A stretch of 64,000 nt of DNA. Source: Candidatus Melainabacteria bacterium (GTDB lineage: Bacteria; Cyanobacteriota; Vampirovibrionia; Obscuribacterales; Obscuribacteraceae). Shown piece by piece: positions 40,355 through 50,468 of this stretch. The stretch covers positions 61,505-125,504 of the forward strand of contig DAIDIP010000005.1 of assembly GCA_027451745.1 (NCBI GenBank), in the 5' to 3' direction. Position 1 is the first letter of the stretch, and every line of letters begins with the position of its first letter. The translations under genes were made by a program, and so were the position numbers. A model generated the notes under the pieces. It had not been told where the DNA came from, did no database searches, and saw only the letters and a list, made by a program, of their open reading frames with translations.

Positions 40355-42925
40355 ATGGCTAAAAAAGTTGTAGAAGCTGGCAGTGGCGGCGGCGGTGAAG
40401 GTCGCGTTGTTACAGTAGAACTGCGCGATGAGATGCGGCGTTCTTTTATTGACTATGCCATGTCAGTTATCGTTAGCCGCGCTATACCAGATGTACGTGA
40501 TGGATTAAAGCCTGTACATCGCCGCATTATCTACGGCATGTATGAATTAGGCTTAAGCCCAACCGATAGATATCGTAAAGCCGCTAAGACCGTCGGAGAC
40601 GTAATGGGTAATTACCATCCTCACGGCGATTCGGCTATATATGAATCCTTAGTTCGTTTAGCCCAACCTTCTGCCAGCCGCTATGTGCTTGTGGATGGAC
40701 ATGGCAATTTTGGCGATCTGGATAATCCGCCTGCTGCTATGCGTTATACAGAAGCAAGACTAGCGCCAATGGCTATGGAAATGCTTTCCGATATAGAAGC
40801 GGAAACAGTAGATACCCGTCCTAATTTTGATGACACAAGACGTGAACCAGCTGTTTTACCTTCTCGCGTACCAACACTTTTACTTAACGGATCTTCTGGT
40901 ATTGCTGTCGGCATGGCTACTAATATTCCTCCCCATAATCTTTCTGAGGTCATTGATGGCACAATTGCCAAAATTGACAACCCGGATTTAGGTCCTTTGG
41001 AATTGACCAGATATATAAAAGGTCCTGATTTTCCAAATGGTGGCATCATTATGGGAACAGAAGGTATTAATGAAGCCTTCGCAACCGGACGCGGTTCAAT
41101 TCCTGTGCGCGGCTTAGCAACTATTGACCAAATTCCAGGCGGTTCTGGTAAGCAAGCACGCATGGGTATCATTGTTACATCTCTTCCATATATGATCGGT
41201 CCAGAAGCTTTCACTAAGCGTGTGGCAGATCTAGTTAGAGAAGAAAAACTAACCGGTATCAGTGAAATAAATGATGAAACAGATAGACATGGAATTCGTG
41301 TAGTTATTGAATTGAAGCGTGATGCTCATCCAGAAATTGTTTTAAACAATCTCTATAAGCACACCCAACTTCAACAATCTTTCCCAGTTAACACGCTTGC
41401 CTTAGTGCGTGGCAGACCTGTAACTCTCAATCTAGCTGATCTTTTGCAAGAATTTATTGATCATCGCATCGAAGTTGTCACTCGTCGCACACAATATTTG
41501 CTTCGCAAAGCTGAAGACCGTGCTCATATTTTAGAAGGCTATTTAATCGCTCTAAAAAATCTCGATAAAGTCATAGCCATTATTCGTGCTTCCAAATCGA
41601 CAGAAGAAGCACGTACAAATTTAATGACTCAATTCAAGCTAAGCGAACCTCAAACCAATGCTATTTTGGAAATGCAATTGCGACGCTTAACTGGATTAGA
41701 GCGAGAAAAAATTGAAAATGAACACAAAGAAATTATGGCAAAAATTGCCGAATACAAGAAAATATTGGGCGATCGCAAATTAGTTTTAGAGATTATCAAA
41801 AAAGAGCTAGCGGCAATAAAAGAAAAATACGGTGATGAAAGACGCACGCGTATTGAGGGATCGTCAGCCGAGTTAGGTTTATCAAACAAAGATCTCACTC
41901 CTAATGAACCAATGGCCATATTTATAACCCGTCAGGATTATATAAAACGAATTCCTTTGGATTCTTTCCGACGCCAACGTCGCAATACACGTGGCAGTAC
42001 TGGAGTAAAGCCCAAAGAAGAAGATGATTTACAACATTTCTTCATCGCCAATATGCACGATCGCTTGTTAGTTTTCACAAGCGTAGGTCAAGTGTATTCA
42101 TTAGAAGTAATGGATTTACCAGAAGGTGGTAGGACTGCACGCGGTACAGCCTTGGTCAACTTGTTGCCTATCAGTCAAAAAGAAACTGTCACAACAGTAG
42201 TACCAGTATCATCCTTTAAAGAAGGTAATTATTTGGTTATGCTTACTCACCAAGCATATGTCAAAAAAGTTGACATGTCTGAATTAGAAAGCATCCGCCG
42301 CAGTGGCATTATTGCTATCACTTTAAATGAAGGCGATCAACTAGGTTGGGTACGTCGTTCTAATGGCAAAGCTGACGTAATAATTGGTACAGGCGATGGC
42401 ATGTGTATCCGTTATTCCGAAGAAGAGTTGCGCCCACTAGGACGTACGGCTCGTGGCGTCCGCGCTATCACTTTACGTGAAGGTGACAAAATTGTTGGCT
42501 TCGACATGATTGATGAAACAAATAAAGATGCGCATATCCTCGTTGTCACAAATGATGGCTATGGCAAACGTGTAAGTTTGGATGAATTCCGTCAACAAGG
42601 ACGCGGTGGTATTGGTTTGATTGGCACTAAGTTCAAAAATGCTCAATCACGTCTAGCCAGTCTGAGAGTGGTCAAGCCAGGAGACGGCATTATGATTGCC
42701 ACAACTAATGGTATTGTCGTGAGACAAAAAGTTGACGCCATCAGTACACAAGGACGTATGGCCACAGGTGTCAGACTTCAACAACTAGAAGAAAACGACC
42801 AAGTGGTTTCTGTAACACCGCTTGTCGAAGCCACTATAGAAGGTCAAGACGATCTCAGCGAAGAAGATAGTCCTGAAGGACCAGATAGTGCCGCACAAAT
42901 AGACATTAGCGATGACGAAGAATAA
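40355..42925 (+). CDS. gyrA: DNA gyrase subunit A
   Basis: [17 protein letters not shown] (QRDR), active-site [11 protein letters not shown]-terminal beta-pinwheel repeats and an acidic tail. Confidence 0.97.
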   Translation: MAKKVVEAGSGGGGEGRVVTVELRDEMRRSFIDYAMSVIVSRAIPDVRDGLKPVHRRIIYGMYELGLSPTDRYRKAAKTVGDVMGNYHPHGDSAIYESLVRLAQPSASRYVLVDGHGNFGDLDNPPAAMRYTEARLAPMAMEMLSDIEAETVDTRPNFDDTRREPAVLPSRVPTLLLNGSSGIAVGMATNIPPHNLSEVIDGTIAKIDNPDLGPLELTRYIKGPDFPNGGIIMGTEGINEAFATGRGSIPVRGLATIDQIPGGSGKQARMGIIVTSLPYMIGPEAFTKRVADLVREEKLTGISEINDETDRHGIRVVIELKRDAHPEIVLNNLYKHTQLQQSFPVNTLALVRGRPVTLNLADLLQEFIDHRIEVVTRRTQYLLRKAEDRAHILEGYLIALKNLDKVIAIIRASKSTEEARTNLMTQFKLSEPQTNAILEMQLRRLTGLEREKIENEHKEIMAKIAEYKKILGDRKLVLEIIKKELAAIKEKYGDERRTRIEGSSAELGLSNKDLTPNEPMAIFITRQDYIKRIPLDSFRRQRRNTRGSTGVKPKEEDDLQHFFIANMHDRLLVFTSVGQVYSLEVMDLPEGGRTARGTALVNLLPISQKETVTTVVPVSSFKEGNYLVMLTHQAYVKKVDMSELESIRRSGIIAITLNEGDQLGWVRRSNGKADVIIGTGDGMCIRYSEEELRPLGRTARGVRAITLREGDKIVGFDMIDETNKDAHILVVTNDGYGKRVSLDEFRQQGRGGIGLIGTKFKNAQSRLASLRVVKPGDGIMIATTNGIVVRQKVDAISTQGRMATGVRLQQLEENDQVVSVTPLVEATIEGQDDLSEEDSPEGPDSAAQIDISDDEE

Positions 42926-42932
42926 GAACTAT

Positions 42933-43199
42933 TTACTGACAAAGACATTTATCAGTAATGCCATTTTTCTTTGCTTTTGATACACACCAATTCAATGAAA
43001 GTTGTTGAGCCAATGCCAAATTTGCAGGCGTATTGATTTGCTTAGTAAAAACCTGGCTGAGCATTTGCTCTAATTCTTTTTGTTCCGGTTGCAAAAAACC
43101 AGGTAGAGTCAATACGAAAGTACCTTTATCGCTAACAGAAATAATAGGTAGATATTCTTCTAAAGAATGACTGGCACAGTTTTTATTAAATGATTTCAT
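42933..43199 (-). CDS. Small hypothetical protein
   Basis: ORF with no recognised motif. ATG at 43199 (track TTG at 43226). Weak Shine-Dalgarno. Confidence 0.35.
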   Translation of the reverse strand: MKSFNKNCASHSLEEYLPIISVSDKGTFVLTLPGFLQPEQKELEQMLSQVFTKQINTPANLALAQQLSLNWCVSKAKKNGITDKCLCQ

Positions 43200-43572
43200 T
43201 GCTAACTCTTTCACGCGGGATACCAAGAGAAAAAGGATATTTCCTTTTTAATCTCTTGCTTATCATAAGTTTACACTCGTCAATTGGCAAGTACATTTTG
43301 CTTGCTTGGCGACACTTTTCAGCTTTTTCTTGCGGTATATACGAATTTCGTTGCTGCTCAACGTCACGATATTAAGACAAATTACTGAAACTTATTTGCG
43401 ACTTATCAGTACTGATCCTTATAAAATGCCTTCGATTTTAATCAAATTGGCTCAAAATCATACTTTCGGCAGTTTTCAAGAATTCAAATTTATATTAAGA
43501 TAAAACTAATAAAGCCAGTTTTCGGTATCTGGTGAGAAAAGCCGCATCTTCGCCCCATGATTAGGAGCCTCC

Positions 43573-44058
43573 ATGCCCGATTCTCCAAAAAAGAAAGCAA
43601 AAAATTCAGATAAGCATAACGCTCTAGAGTCTAGACATGTGCGACGCATTGTTGCTGGCAATCCCAATACCCCAGCCGAAGTATTGCGTCGCTTAGCTAG
43701 TGACGAAAATCCAGTAATTCGCCGCTGCGTAGCTGAAAACCCGCGCACACCTCACGATATTTTAAATTTACTTGCCAAGGATTCTAATCCGGATGTGCGC
43801 CTCGCCATTTCCGAAAATAAGCGAGTAACCATAGATACCTTATCTATATTAGTTAAAGATTTAAATGTTGATGTCCGTTACGGCATGGCTGAGAATCATC
43901 AAATGCCAGACGAAATCCTTCTTGACTTGGCCATGGATGAAAATCCCTACGTACGTTGCCGAGCCGTTAAAACAATTGAACGACTATCGCCAGCAACCCA
44001 GAATCGGCTCCAGGCACTCATAACTCAGGCCCTTATGTCTTTCCGCTTTGCTTGTTGA
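43573..44058 (+). CDS. HEAT / leucine-rich-repeat-variant (LRV) repeat protein
   Basis: About five tandem units of the pattern ENPxTPxxxLxxLAxDxNxxVRxxxA (e.g. NPNTPAEVLRRLASDENPVIRRCVAENPRTPHDILNLLAKDSNPDVRLAISEN). Confidence 0.6.
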   Translation: MPDSPKKKAKNSDKHNALESRHVRRIVAGNPNTPAEVLRRLASDENPVIRRCVAENPRTPHDILNLLAKDSNPDVRLAISENKRVTIDTLSILVKDLNVDVRYGMAENHQMPDEILLDLAMDENPYVRCRAVKTIERLSPATQNRLQALITQALMSFRFAC

Positions 44059-44177
44059 TTCAATATAAGCGCTGTCCAGGGAAGCGCTCTGCTTGCCCAG
44101 ATGCACGGATCGATCCACGCCCCGCCAGACATCTAGGCTCCGCTCGCCGTCCTTAGCTTCGCTATATTCCTTGCTAA

Positions 44178-44852
44178 TTACCTAGAAGGATCTTCTTCGC
44201 GCAATACATAACCTTCGCCACGTACTGTTTGAATTAGGCGTTTTGTATTGCCATCTTCCAATTTAGAACGCAAATATCGAATATATACTTCAATGACATT
44301 TGATTCGCCAATAAAGTCATAACCCCATACTTTGTCGAAAATAAATTCACGTGACAATACTTGTTCTGGATATTGCATGAATAAACGCAAAAGATCGAAT
44401 TCTTTAGCGCGTAAATCTAATTGACGCTCTCCCCGTTTGACAATACGGTTAAGTTGGTCCATCCATAAATCAGCATAGGTCAAAATGCCTTCTTGTGGTT
44501 TACGACGCATAACTGCTCTAATTCTTGCCAACAATTCTTCTGTGGCAAAAGGCTTAGTCAAATAATCGTCAGCCCCACTATCTAATCCAGCAACTCTATC
44601 GCCTACACCGTCTTTAGCAGTCAACATAATAACTGGGACCTTGGACATAGCTCGCAATCTCTTACAGACCTCTACGCCATCCAGCCCCGGCAACATAACA
44701 TCTAAAAGAACCAAATCTGGCTGATCTTTTTTGAAAAGATCGATGCCCTGATTACCTTCGTGCGCGACAGAGACTTGATAGCCCTCATAGCCCAATTCCA
44801 GTTCTATGAGGCGAGCGATATTGACATCGTCTTCAATAATCAAAATTTTCAA
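44178..44852 (-). CDS. OmpR/PhoB-family response regulator transcription factor
   Basis: REC domain (DLVLLDVMLPGLDG, LTAKD, DDYLTKPF) plus a winged-helix domain (VYIRYLRSKLE...IQTVRGEGY). No adjacent kinase. Confidence 0.9.
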   Translation of the reverse strand: MKILIIEDDVNIARLIELELGYEGYQVSVAHEGNQGIDLFKKDQPDLVLLDVMLPGLDGVEVCKRLRAMSKVPVIMLTAKDGVGDRVAGLDSGADDYLTKPFATEELLARIRAVMRRKPQEGILTYADLWMDQLNRIVKRGERQLDLRAKEFDLLRLFMQYPEQVLSREFIFDKVWGYDFIGESNVIEVYIRYLRSKLEDGNTKRLIQTVRGEGYVLREEDPSR

Positions 44853-45025
44853 AGTTACTCACCTCAACTCCAAGTGTGCCATCTTTAATATTAACCTCCG
44901 TTGAATATTGCATGATCTTCTTATTTTGTCTAACAGTCGATATTTGTTACATACCAACAATTAGACTTATCAATAGACCGATTTTCTGGCTATATTTTAT
45001 TTTCAAGTATAAGCAATAAGTAATT

Positions 45026-45604
45026 GTGAAATCTTTTTGGACAGCTTTTTTATTGATTTTTGTCGCTGAATTGGGTGACAAGACTCAATTTATGACGCTC
45101 GCTCTGTCGTCAAGATATAAAGCCATGACCATTCTTGTCGGCGTATCGCTTGGCACGATGCTTGTCAGTTTGGTCTCTGTCTTATTAGGCAGACTGCTTG
45201 GCAATATACTGCCACAGAATCTAATGAATATAGCGGCTGGAATTATATTCATTATTTTCGGTTTGCAAAGTTTGCGACATTACAATCACCCTGATGAAAA
45301 CACAGCAAAAGAAAACGAAAAATCCACTCATCGTTTTGCCTGGCTTACTATAGCGTCCACCTTTTTCTTAGCCGAGCTAGCAGATAAAACTATGATTGCC
45401 ACTATAGCTATTGCTGGCCGAGACAATAACTATTTTGCTGTTTGGCTTGGAGCAACTCTTGGTCTAATCGTTTCTAATTGCCTTGCACTGGTTGTAGGCA
45501 GAGCTTTGGACAAATACCTAACAGGCAAAACTATACATCTTATCTCGGCTGGAATTTTCATTATTGCCGGTGCTTTAGCTATATGGCATGGTTTCAATAA
45601 ATAA
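45026..45604 (+). CDS. UPF0016 (Gdt1/TMEM165/MneA) family cation (Mn2+/Ca2+) transporter
   Basis: Two copies of the E-x-G-D-K-T signature (AELGDKTQF and AELADKTMI) in a 6-TM protein. GTG start. Confidence 0.85.
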   Translation: MKSFWTAFLLIFVAELGDKTQFMTLALSSRYKAMTILVGVSLGTMLVSLVSVLLGRLLGNILPQNLMNIAAGIIFIIFGLQSLRHYNHPDENTAKENEKSTHRFAWLTIASTFFLAELADKTMIATIAIAGRDNNYFAVWLGATLGLIVSNCLALVVGRALDKYLTGKTIHLISAGIFIIAGALAIWHGFNK

Positions 45605-45685
45605 TTCTGTAGTCCAGTTATACTAATGCAAAAGCATCTTTCTTCTAGTATATACAGTTCAATATATTTCATTGTAATAATCGCC

Positions 45686-45769
45686 ATGTCCGATCTTCTT
45701 TACCTTATTATCACTGCAGCTTTTTTTGTTCTCTGTGTCGGATACGTCAAGGGCTGCGAACGCATTTAG
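45686..45769 (+). CDS. Candidate 27-aa hydrophobic micro-protein upstream of kdpF
   Basis: ATG...TAG reads MSDLLYLIITAAFFVLCVGYVKGCERI, a single TM-like helix. No clear Shine-Dalgarno. Not in the ORF track (below the length cutoff). Confidence 0.3.
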   Translation: MSDLLYLIITAAFFVLCVGYVKGCERI

Positions 45770-45790
45770 CCAAAAGAGCGGGGTCTAAAC

Positions 45791-45877
45791 TTGACTGAGT
45801 TTTTGATCGAAAGTTTTATCGCTTGTGCTTTGGCGATTTACCTAATGTATGCCTTACTATTCCCTGAGAATTTTTAG
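45791..45877 (+). CDS. kdpF: K+-transporting ATPase subunit F
   Basis: 28-aa ORF (TTG start) ending ...LAIYLMYALLFPENF, matching the KdpF C-terminal consensus YLxYALLxPExF. It ends 9 nt before the kdpA ATG. Not in the ORF track. Confidence 0.6.
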   Translation: MTEFLIESFIACALAIYLMYALLFPENF

Positions 45878-45886
45878 AGAGCAACT

Positions 45887-47677
45887 ATGACTTTAATCGG
45901 CTGCTTGCAAATAATAATATATAGTCTTTTGCTTTTAGTCATTACGAAACCTGTTGGATTTTATATGACACAAGTCATGGAAGGAGAAAAAACTTTCCTT
46001 GAGTTTGTGCTTGGGCATTTAGAACGAATGGTTTATCGCATGAGTGGCGTCAATCCACAAGAAGAAATGCATTGGACAACATACACCTATTCACTTTTAA
46101 CTTTTTCATTAATAGGTGCTCTTTTCACTTACACCATCTTACGTTTGCAAGGAATTTTGCCATTCAATCCAATGTCTTTCTCGACTGCTGTAGCTCCAGT
46201 TTATGCAACATCAATGACACCAGATCTCGCTTTTAATACTGCTGTATCGTTCACAACCAACACAAATTGGCAAAACTACAGTGGTGAAAACACAATGTCT
46301 TATCTTTCGCAAATGTTAGGACTTGCTTATCACAATTGGATTTCGGCTGCTGTTGGTTTGGCTGCATGCACTGCTCTAATCCGCGGCTTTGCTCGCCAGT
46401 CAGTAACAACTGTGGGTAATTTCTGGAAAGATTTAGTGCGCAGTTTACTGTATATATTTTTCCCCATAACTTTCGTTTATTCTTTATTTCTTGTTTCACA
46501 AGGAGTGATCCAAAACTTTGCACCATATACCGTTGCATTAACAGTTGAAGGAATAAAACAAATCATTCCGCAAGGACCTGTTGCCACACAAGAAGCTATC
46601 AAAATGCTAGGTATTAATGGCGGTGGATTCTTTAATGCTAACAGCGCTCATCCTTTTGAGAATCCAACTCCTTTCAGCAATTTAATTCAAATGCTTTCAA
46701 TGTTTATTTTGCCAGCAGGATTCACCTATATGTTTGGCAAGATGGTAAAGGATACTAGACAAGGCTGGGCTCTTCTAGCAGCTATGTTCATTTTATTTAT
46801 CCTCGGTACTTTTATTTGCTACTACTTTGAATGTAGGGGCAATCCCAATATAAGAGTCCAGCATGTTGAAACTTCCACTAATGTATTAGGTGATCTTGGC
46901 GGCAATATGGAAGGCAAAGAAATCCGTTTCGGTTTAGCTGATTCTGCTTTGTTTGCCACAATTACAACCGATGCAAGTTGTGGCGCAGTAAATTGCATGC
47001 ATGATTCATTGACACCTCTAGCTGGCTTAATTCCTTTGCTTAACATTCAATTGGGTGAGATTATATTTGGCGGCGTAGGTTCAGGGCTGTATGGCATGTT
47101 GATTTTTGCTGTTCTCACGGTATTTATTGCTGGACTAATGGTAGGACGTACACCAGAATATGTTGGAAAAAAAATTGAACAAAAAGATGTAAAAATGGCC
47201 ATGCTCTTTGTTCTAGCAGGTTGTTTTTCTATCCTTATATTTACAGCCTTAGGCTCTGTACTTGAATTACCAAACAAAAGTTCAATCAATGTACCAGGGG
47301 CAGCTTATAACAATGTTAACAACACCGGCCCGCACGGATTTACAGAAATCCTTTATTGCTACGCCTCATCAACAGGAAATAATGGTTCTGCTTTTGCTGG
47401 GTTAACGGGCAATACTCCTTTTTACAATATCACCAGTGCAATAGCTATGCTAGTTGGCAGATTTTTTATGATGATACCAGCTCTAGCACTAGCAGGTTCT
47501 CTTGTCCAAAAAAAATATGTTCCACCATCAAGCGGTACCTTCCCCACGCATGGCGGGCTTTTCGTTACTCTTCTAATTGGTGTAATTTTAATTGTTGGCG
47601 CCCTCACATTCTTTCCAGCTTTAACACTTGGTCCCATTGTGGAGCATTTTTTAATGCACAATTCAAAACTGTTTTAA
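45887..47677 (+). CDS. kdpA: K+-transporting ATPase subunit A
   Basis: Polytopic 596-aa protein with KdpA selectivity-filter-like motifs (TTNTNWQNYSGE, INGGGFFNANSAHP, NNGSAFAG). Confidence 0.95.
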   Translation: MTLIGCLQIIIYSLLLLVITKPVGFYMTQVMEGEKTFLEFVLGHLERMVYRMSGVNPQEEMHWTTYTYSLLTFSLIGALFTYTILRLQGILPFNPMSFSTAVAPVYATSMTPDLAFNTAVSFTTNTNWQNYSGENTMSYLSQMLGLAYHNWISAAVGLAACTALIRGFARQSVTTVGNFWKDLVRSLLYIFFPITFVYSLFLVSQGVIQNFAPYTVALTVEGIKQIIPQGPVATQEAIKMLGINGGGFFNANSAHPFENPTPFSNLIQMLSMFILPAGFTYMFGKMVKDTRQGWALLAAMFILFILGTFICYYFECRGNPNIRVQHVETSTNVLGDLGGNMEGKEIRFGLADSALFATITTDASCGAVNCMHDSLTPLAGLIPLLNIQLGEIIFGGVGSGLYGMLIFAVLTVFIAGLMVGRTPEYVGKKIEQKDVKMAMLFVLAGCFSILIFTALGSVLELPNKSSINVPGAAYNNVNNTGPHGFTEILYCYASSTGNNGSAFAGLTGNTPFYNITSAIAMLVGRFFMMIPALALAGSLVQKKYVPPSSGTFPTHGGLFVTLLIGVILIVGALTFFPALTLGPIVEHFLMHNSKLF

Positions 47678-47690
47678 ATGAGGCATAAGT

Positions 47691-49823
47691 ATGACCCAAG
47701 ATAGTTTAACTTTGGTACCTGTACCAGAAAGAAAAAAAACACCACTCTTACAAAAAGCTATTCTCTATCGTGCTTTCATTGACTCTTTTGTCAAACTTAA
47801 TCCGCTTGTAATGGCAAAAAATCCAGTTATGATGGTTGTAGAAGTAGCAAGTATTATCACTACCATTCTATTTTTCAGAGACTTAATAATAAGAACACCA
47901 GCCAAAGTTTTGCTTTTTGAAGGACAGATCACTTTATGGTTATGGTTTACAGTGTTATTTGCTAATTTTGCTGAAGCTATTGCAGAAGGTCGAGGCAAAG
48001 CTCAAGCAGATACACTGCGAAAGAGTCGCAAAGAAACAATAGCTCAACGTGAAATTAGCAAAGACAAATACGAAAGTATTTTTGCCAACACTTTGCGTAA
48101 GGGTGACACAGTTCTAGTTAAAGCCGGTGAATTAATTCCTGGCGACGGCGAAGTAATAGAAGGCGTAGCAACTGTAGATGAAAGTGCTATAACTGGCGAA
48201 TCCGCTCCTGTGATAAGAGAAAGTGGAGGAGATAGAAGTGCCGTTACAGGCGGAACAACAGTTCTATCTGATTGGTTACGCATTCGTATTACTGTTCAAG
48301 CAGGCGAAACATTTATTGATCGGATGATTTCTTTAGTAGAGGGAGCACAGCGCCAAAAAACTCCTAACGAAATTGCACTCAATATTTTATTAGCTGGTCT
48401 AACTATTATTTTTTTATTGGTAGTATCTACTCTTCTACCATTTTCCATTTTCGCCGTTCGTGCCGGGGGGTGCGGGCAATCAACCGATATGTTTTCTTTA
48501 ATTGCCTTACTTGTTTGTCTTATCCCAACAACTATAGGAGCTCTTCTTTCTGCTATAGGCATTGCTGGAATGGATCGCGTTTTACAGCACAATGTTATCG
48601 CCATGAGCGGCAAAGCTATTGAAGCAGCTGGCGATGTTGACACTTTATTACTGGATAAAACTGGCACAATAACCCTGGGCAATAGACAAGCAGTACAATT
48701 CATTCCTGCCCCCGGCATTTCAGAAACAATTCTTGCCGATGCAGCCCAGCTTTCTTCACTAGCTGATGAAACACCTGAAGGGCGATCTATTGTTACTCTA
48801 GCTAAACAATTTAATTTACGCGAACGTCAATTAGCAAAAGTAAACCCACAATTCATTTCTTTTAGCGCCCACACAAAAATGAGCGGTGTCAATCTCAATA
48901 AAAAACAGATACGCAAAGGAGCTGCGGATGTAATTTGTACCTTTGTACGCGAACAAGGCAAAGAAGTACCAGCGCAGATCGATAAAGAGGTTTCGCGCAT
49001 AGCCAAATCGGGAGGCACACCCTTGCTGGTAGCAGACAATGTCAGAGGACTGCTTGGTTTGATTTATCTTAAAGATGTAGTTAAAGGTGGGCTGAAAGAA
49101 CGTTTTGCTCACCTACGCCAAATGGGCATCCGTACTATCATGATTACTGGTGACAATTCACTTACAGCGGCTGCCATAGCTACTGAGGCTGGGCTTGACG
49201 ATTTTTTAGCTGAAGCTACCCCAGAAAAAAAGATGCAATTAATTCGTAAGGAACAAGAAGGAGGACGCCTTGTTGCTATGACCGGTGACGGGACAAACGA
49301 TGCACCTGCTTTAGCAGCGGCTGATGTTGGACTAGCTATGAACACTGGCACTCAAGCAGCAAAAGAGGCCGGCAACATGATCGACCTCGATTCAAATCCA
49401 ACTAAATTAATTGAAGTAGTTCAAATTGGCAAACAACTACTAATGACACGTGGATCTCTTACTACTTTTTCTATAGCTAATGATGTCGCTAAATATTTTG
49501 CTATTCTCCCAGCAATGTTCGGTAGCTTATATCTCTTTTCTGCCACCAATACACCAAACCACGGTCCAATTTGGGCGTTAAATATAATGGGACTACACTC
49601 GGCTCAATCAGCTATTCTTGCTGCAGTCATCTTTAACGCCTTGATTATTATTGCTCTTATTCCTCTTGCCTTACGTGGTATTCATTACCAGCCTATGAAT
49701 GCTGAGTCATTGTTACGACGCAATTTATTAATTTATGGTGCAGGTGGCCTAATAATTCCCTTTCCTGGAATTCGTTTACTGGATCAGATTATCGTTATGC
49801 TTGGCTTAGCACCTTTTAGTTAG
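47691..49823 (+). CDS. kdpB: K+-transporting P-type ATPase subunit B
   Basis: DKTGTIT phosphorylation site, [21 protein letters not shown]. Confidence 0.97.
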   Translation: MTQDSLTLVPVPERKKTPLLQKAILYRAFIDSFVKLNPLVMAKNPVMMVVEVASIITTILFFRDLIIRTPAKVLLFEGQITLWLWFTVLFANFAEAIAEGRGKAQADTLRKSRKETIAQREISKDKYESIFANTLRKGDTVLVKAGELIPGDGEVIEGVATVDESAITGESAPVIRESGGDRSAVTGGTTVLSDWLRIRITVQAGETFIDRMISLVEGAQRQKTPNEIALNILLAGLTIIFLLVVSTLLPFSIFAVRAGGCGQSTDMFSLIALLVCLIPTTIGALLSAIGIAGMDRVLQHNVIAMSGKAIEAAGDVDTLLLDKTGTITLGNRQAVQFIPAPGISETILADAAQLSSLADETPEGRSIVTLAKQFNLRERQLAKVNPQFISFSAHTKMSGVNLNKKQIRKGAADVICTFVREQGKEVPAQIDKEVSRIAKSGGTPLLVADNVRGLLGLIYLKDVVKGGLKERFAHLRQMGIRTIMITGDNSLTAAAIATEAGLDDFLAEATPEKKMQLIRKEQEGGRLVAMTGDGTNDAPALAAADVGLAMNTGTQAAKEAGNMIDLDSNPTKLIEVVQIGKQLLMTRGSLTTFSIANDVAKYFAILPAMFGSLYLFSATNTPNHGPIWALNIMGLHSAQSAILAAVIFNALIIIALIPLALRGIHYQPMNAESLLRRNLLIYGAGGLIIPFPGIRLLDQIIVMLGLAPFS

Positions 49824-49838
49824 ACTTTTGGAGATGAC

Positions 49839-50468
49839 ATGTTAAAACAATTGCTGCCAGCTATAAGAGCAACTATTATTCTGTCAATTTTGACCGGATT
49901 AGTTTTCCCAATTACAGTTACAATCATTGCCCAATTTCTTTTTCCTAAACAAGCCAATGGCAGTCTTGTATACAATAAAACTGGTCAAATAATCGGTTCT
50001 CAATTAATTGGCCAACAATTTGTTCAGCCACAATACTTTCATCCCCGTCCATCAGCTGCCGGCACAGGCTATGCAGGCGAAGCATCTGCTGGAACAAATC
50101 TTGGCCCCACTTCAGCAAAATTCATCCTCGGACAATTAGACGATAAAAATACAAAAGATATCGACAAGTCTTTTGCTGGTATAAAACAATTATCTGAGAA
50201 TTATGTCAAAGAAAATTGTTTATCATCAACAGAATTACCTCCGGTCGATGCTGTAACTCGTTCAGGCTCTGGGCTAGATCCCGACATAAGCCAAATCAAT
50301 GCGTTGTATCAGGCTCGCCGCATAGCTAAGGCGAGGGGCTTGTCTTTGCAAACAATTGCTTCCTTAATTAAAAAGCACAGCCAAGATCGTCAATTTGGCA
50401 TTTTGGGCGAACCTAGAGTAAATGTACTCAGCTTAAATATCGCCCTGGAGAATTTGGATCATGAATGA
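49839..50468 (+). CDS. kdpC: K+-transporting ATPase subunit C
   Basis: N-terminal TM and conserved SGSGLDPDIS. Position immediately after kdpB. Confidence 0.9.
   Translation: MLKQLLPAIRATIILSILTGLVFPITVTIIAQFLFPKQANGSLVYNKTGQIIGSQLIGQQFVQPQYFHPRPSAAGTGYAGEASAGTNLGPTSAKFILGQLDDKNTKDIDKSFAGIKQLSENYVKENCLSSTELPPVDAVTRSGSGLDPDISQINALYQARRIAKARGLSLQTIASLIKKHSQDRQFGILGEPRVNVLSLNIALENLDHE

Noticed and set aside
40744-41214. 156-aa antisense ORF inside gyrA. Similar antisense or off-frame ORFs: 48296..48718 and 49109..49351 in kdpB; 22146..22550 in nhaP; 7935..8288; 5065..5394; 5725..6057; 34865..35197 (same strand, off-frame); 37354..37674; 59000..59335; 62983..63204; 63547..63969
   Set aside because: All lie fully within strongly supported genes, on the opposite strand or in another frame. 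They have low-complexity or odd composition and no start context, which is typical of shadow ORFs.
43190-43748. Three short ORFs (43190..43375, 43306..43503, 43506..43748) in or around the AT-rich spacer before the HEAT-repeat gene
   Set aside because: They are mutually overlapping, lack an RBS and have implausible composition. The last one is antisense to the HEAT gene start. The region is better read as a divergent promoter spacer.
44853-45025. Looked for a yybP-ykoY (Mn2+) riboswitch ahead of the UPF0016 gene, and for a c-di-AMP (ydaO-type) riboswitch ahead of kdp (45605..45790)
   Set aside because: I could not recognise the conserved cores by eye, and the kdp leader is largely occupied by the two micro-ORFs. 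An Infernal/Rfam scan would be needed to exclude them formally.
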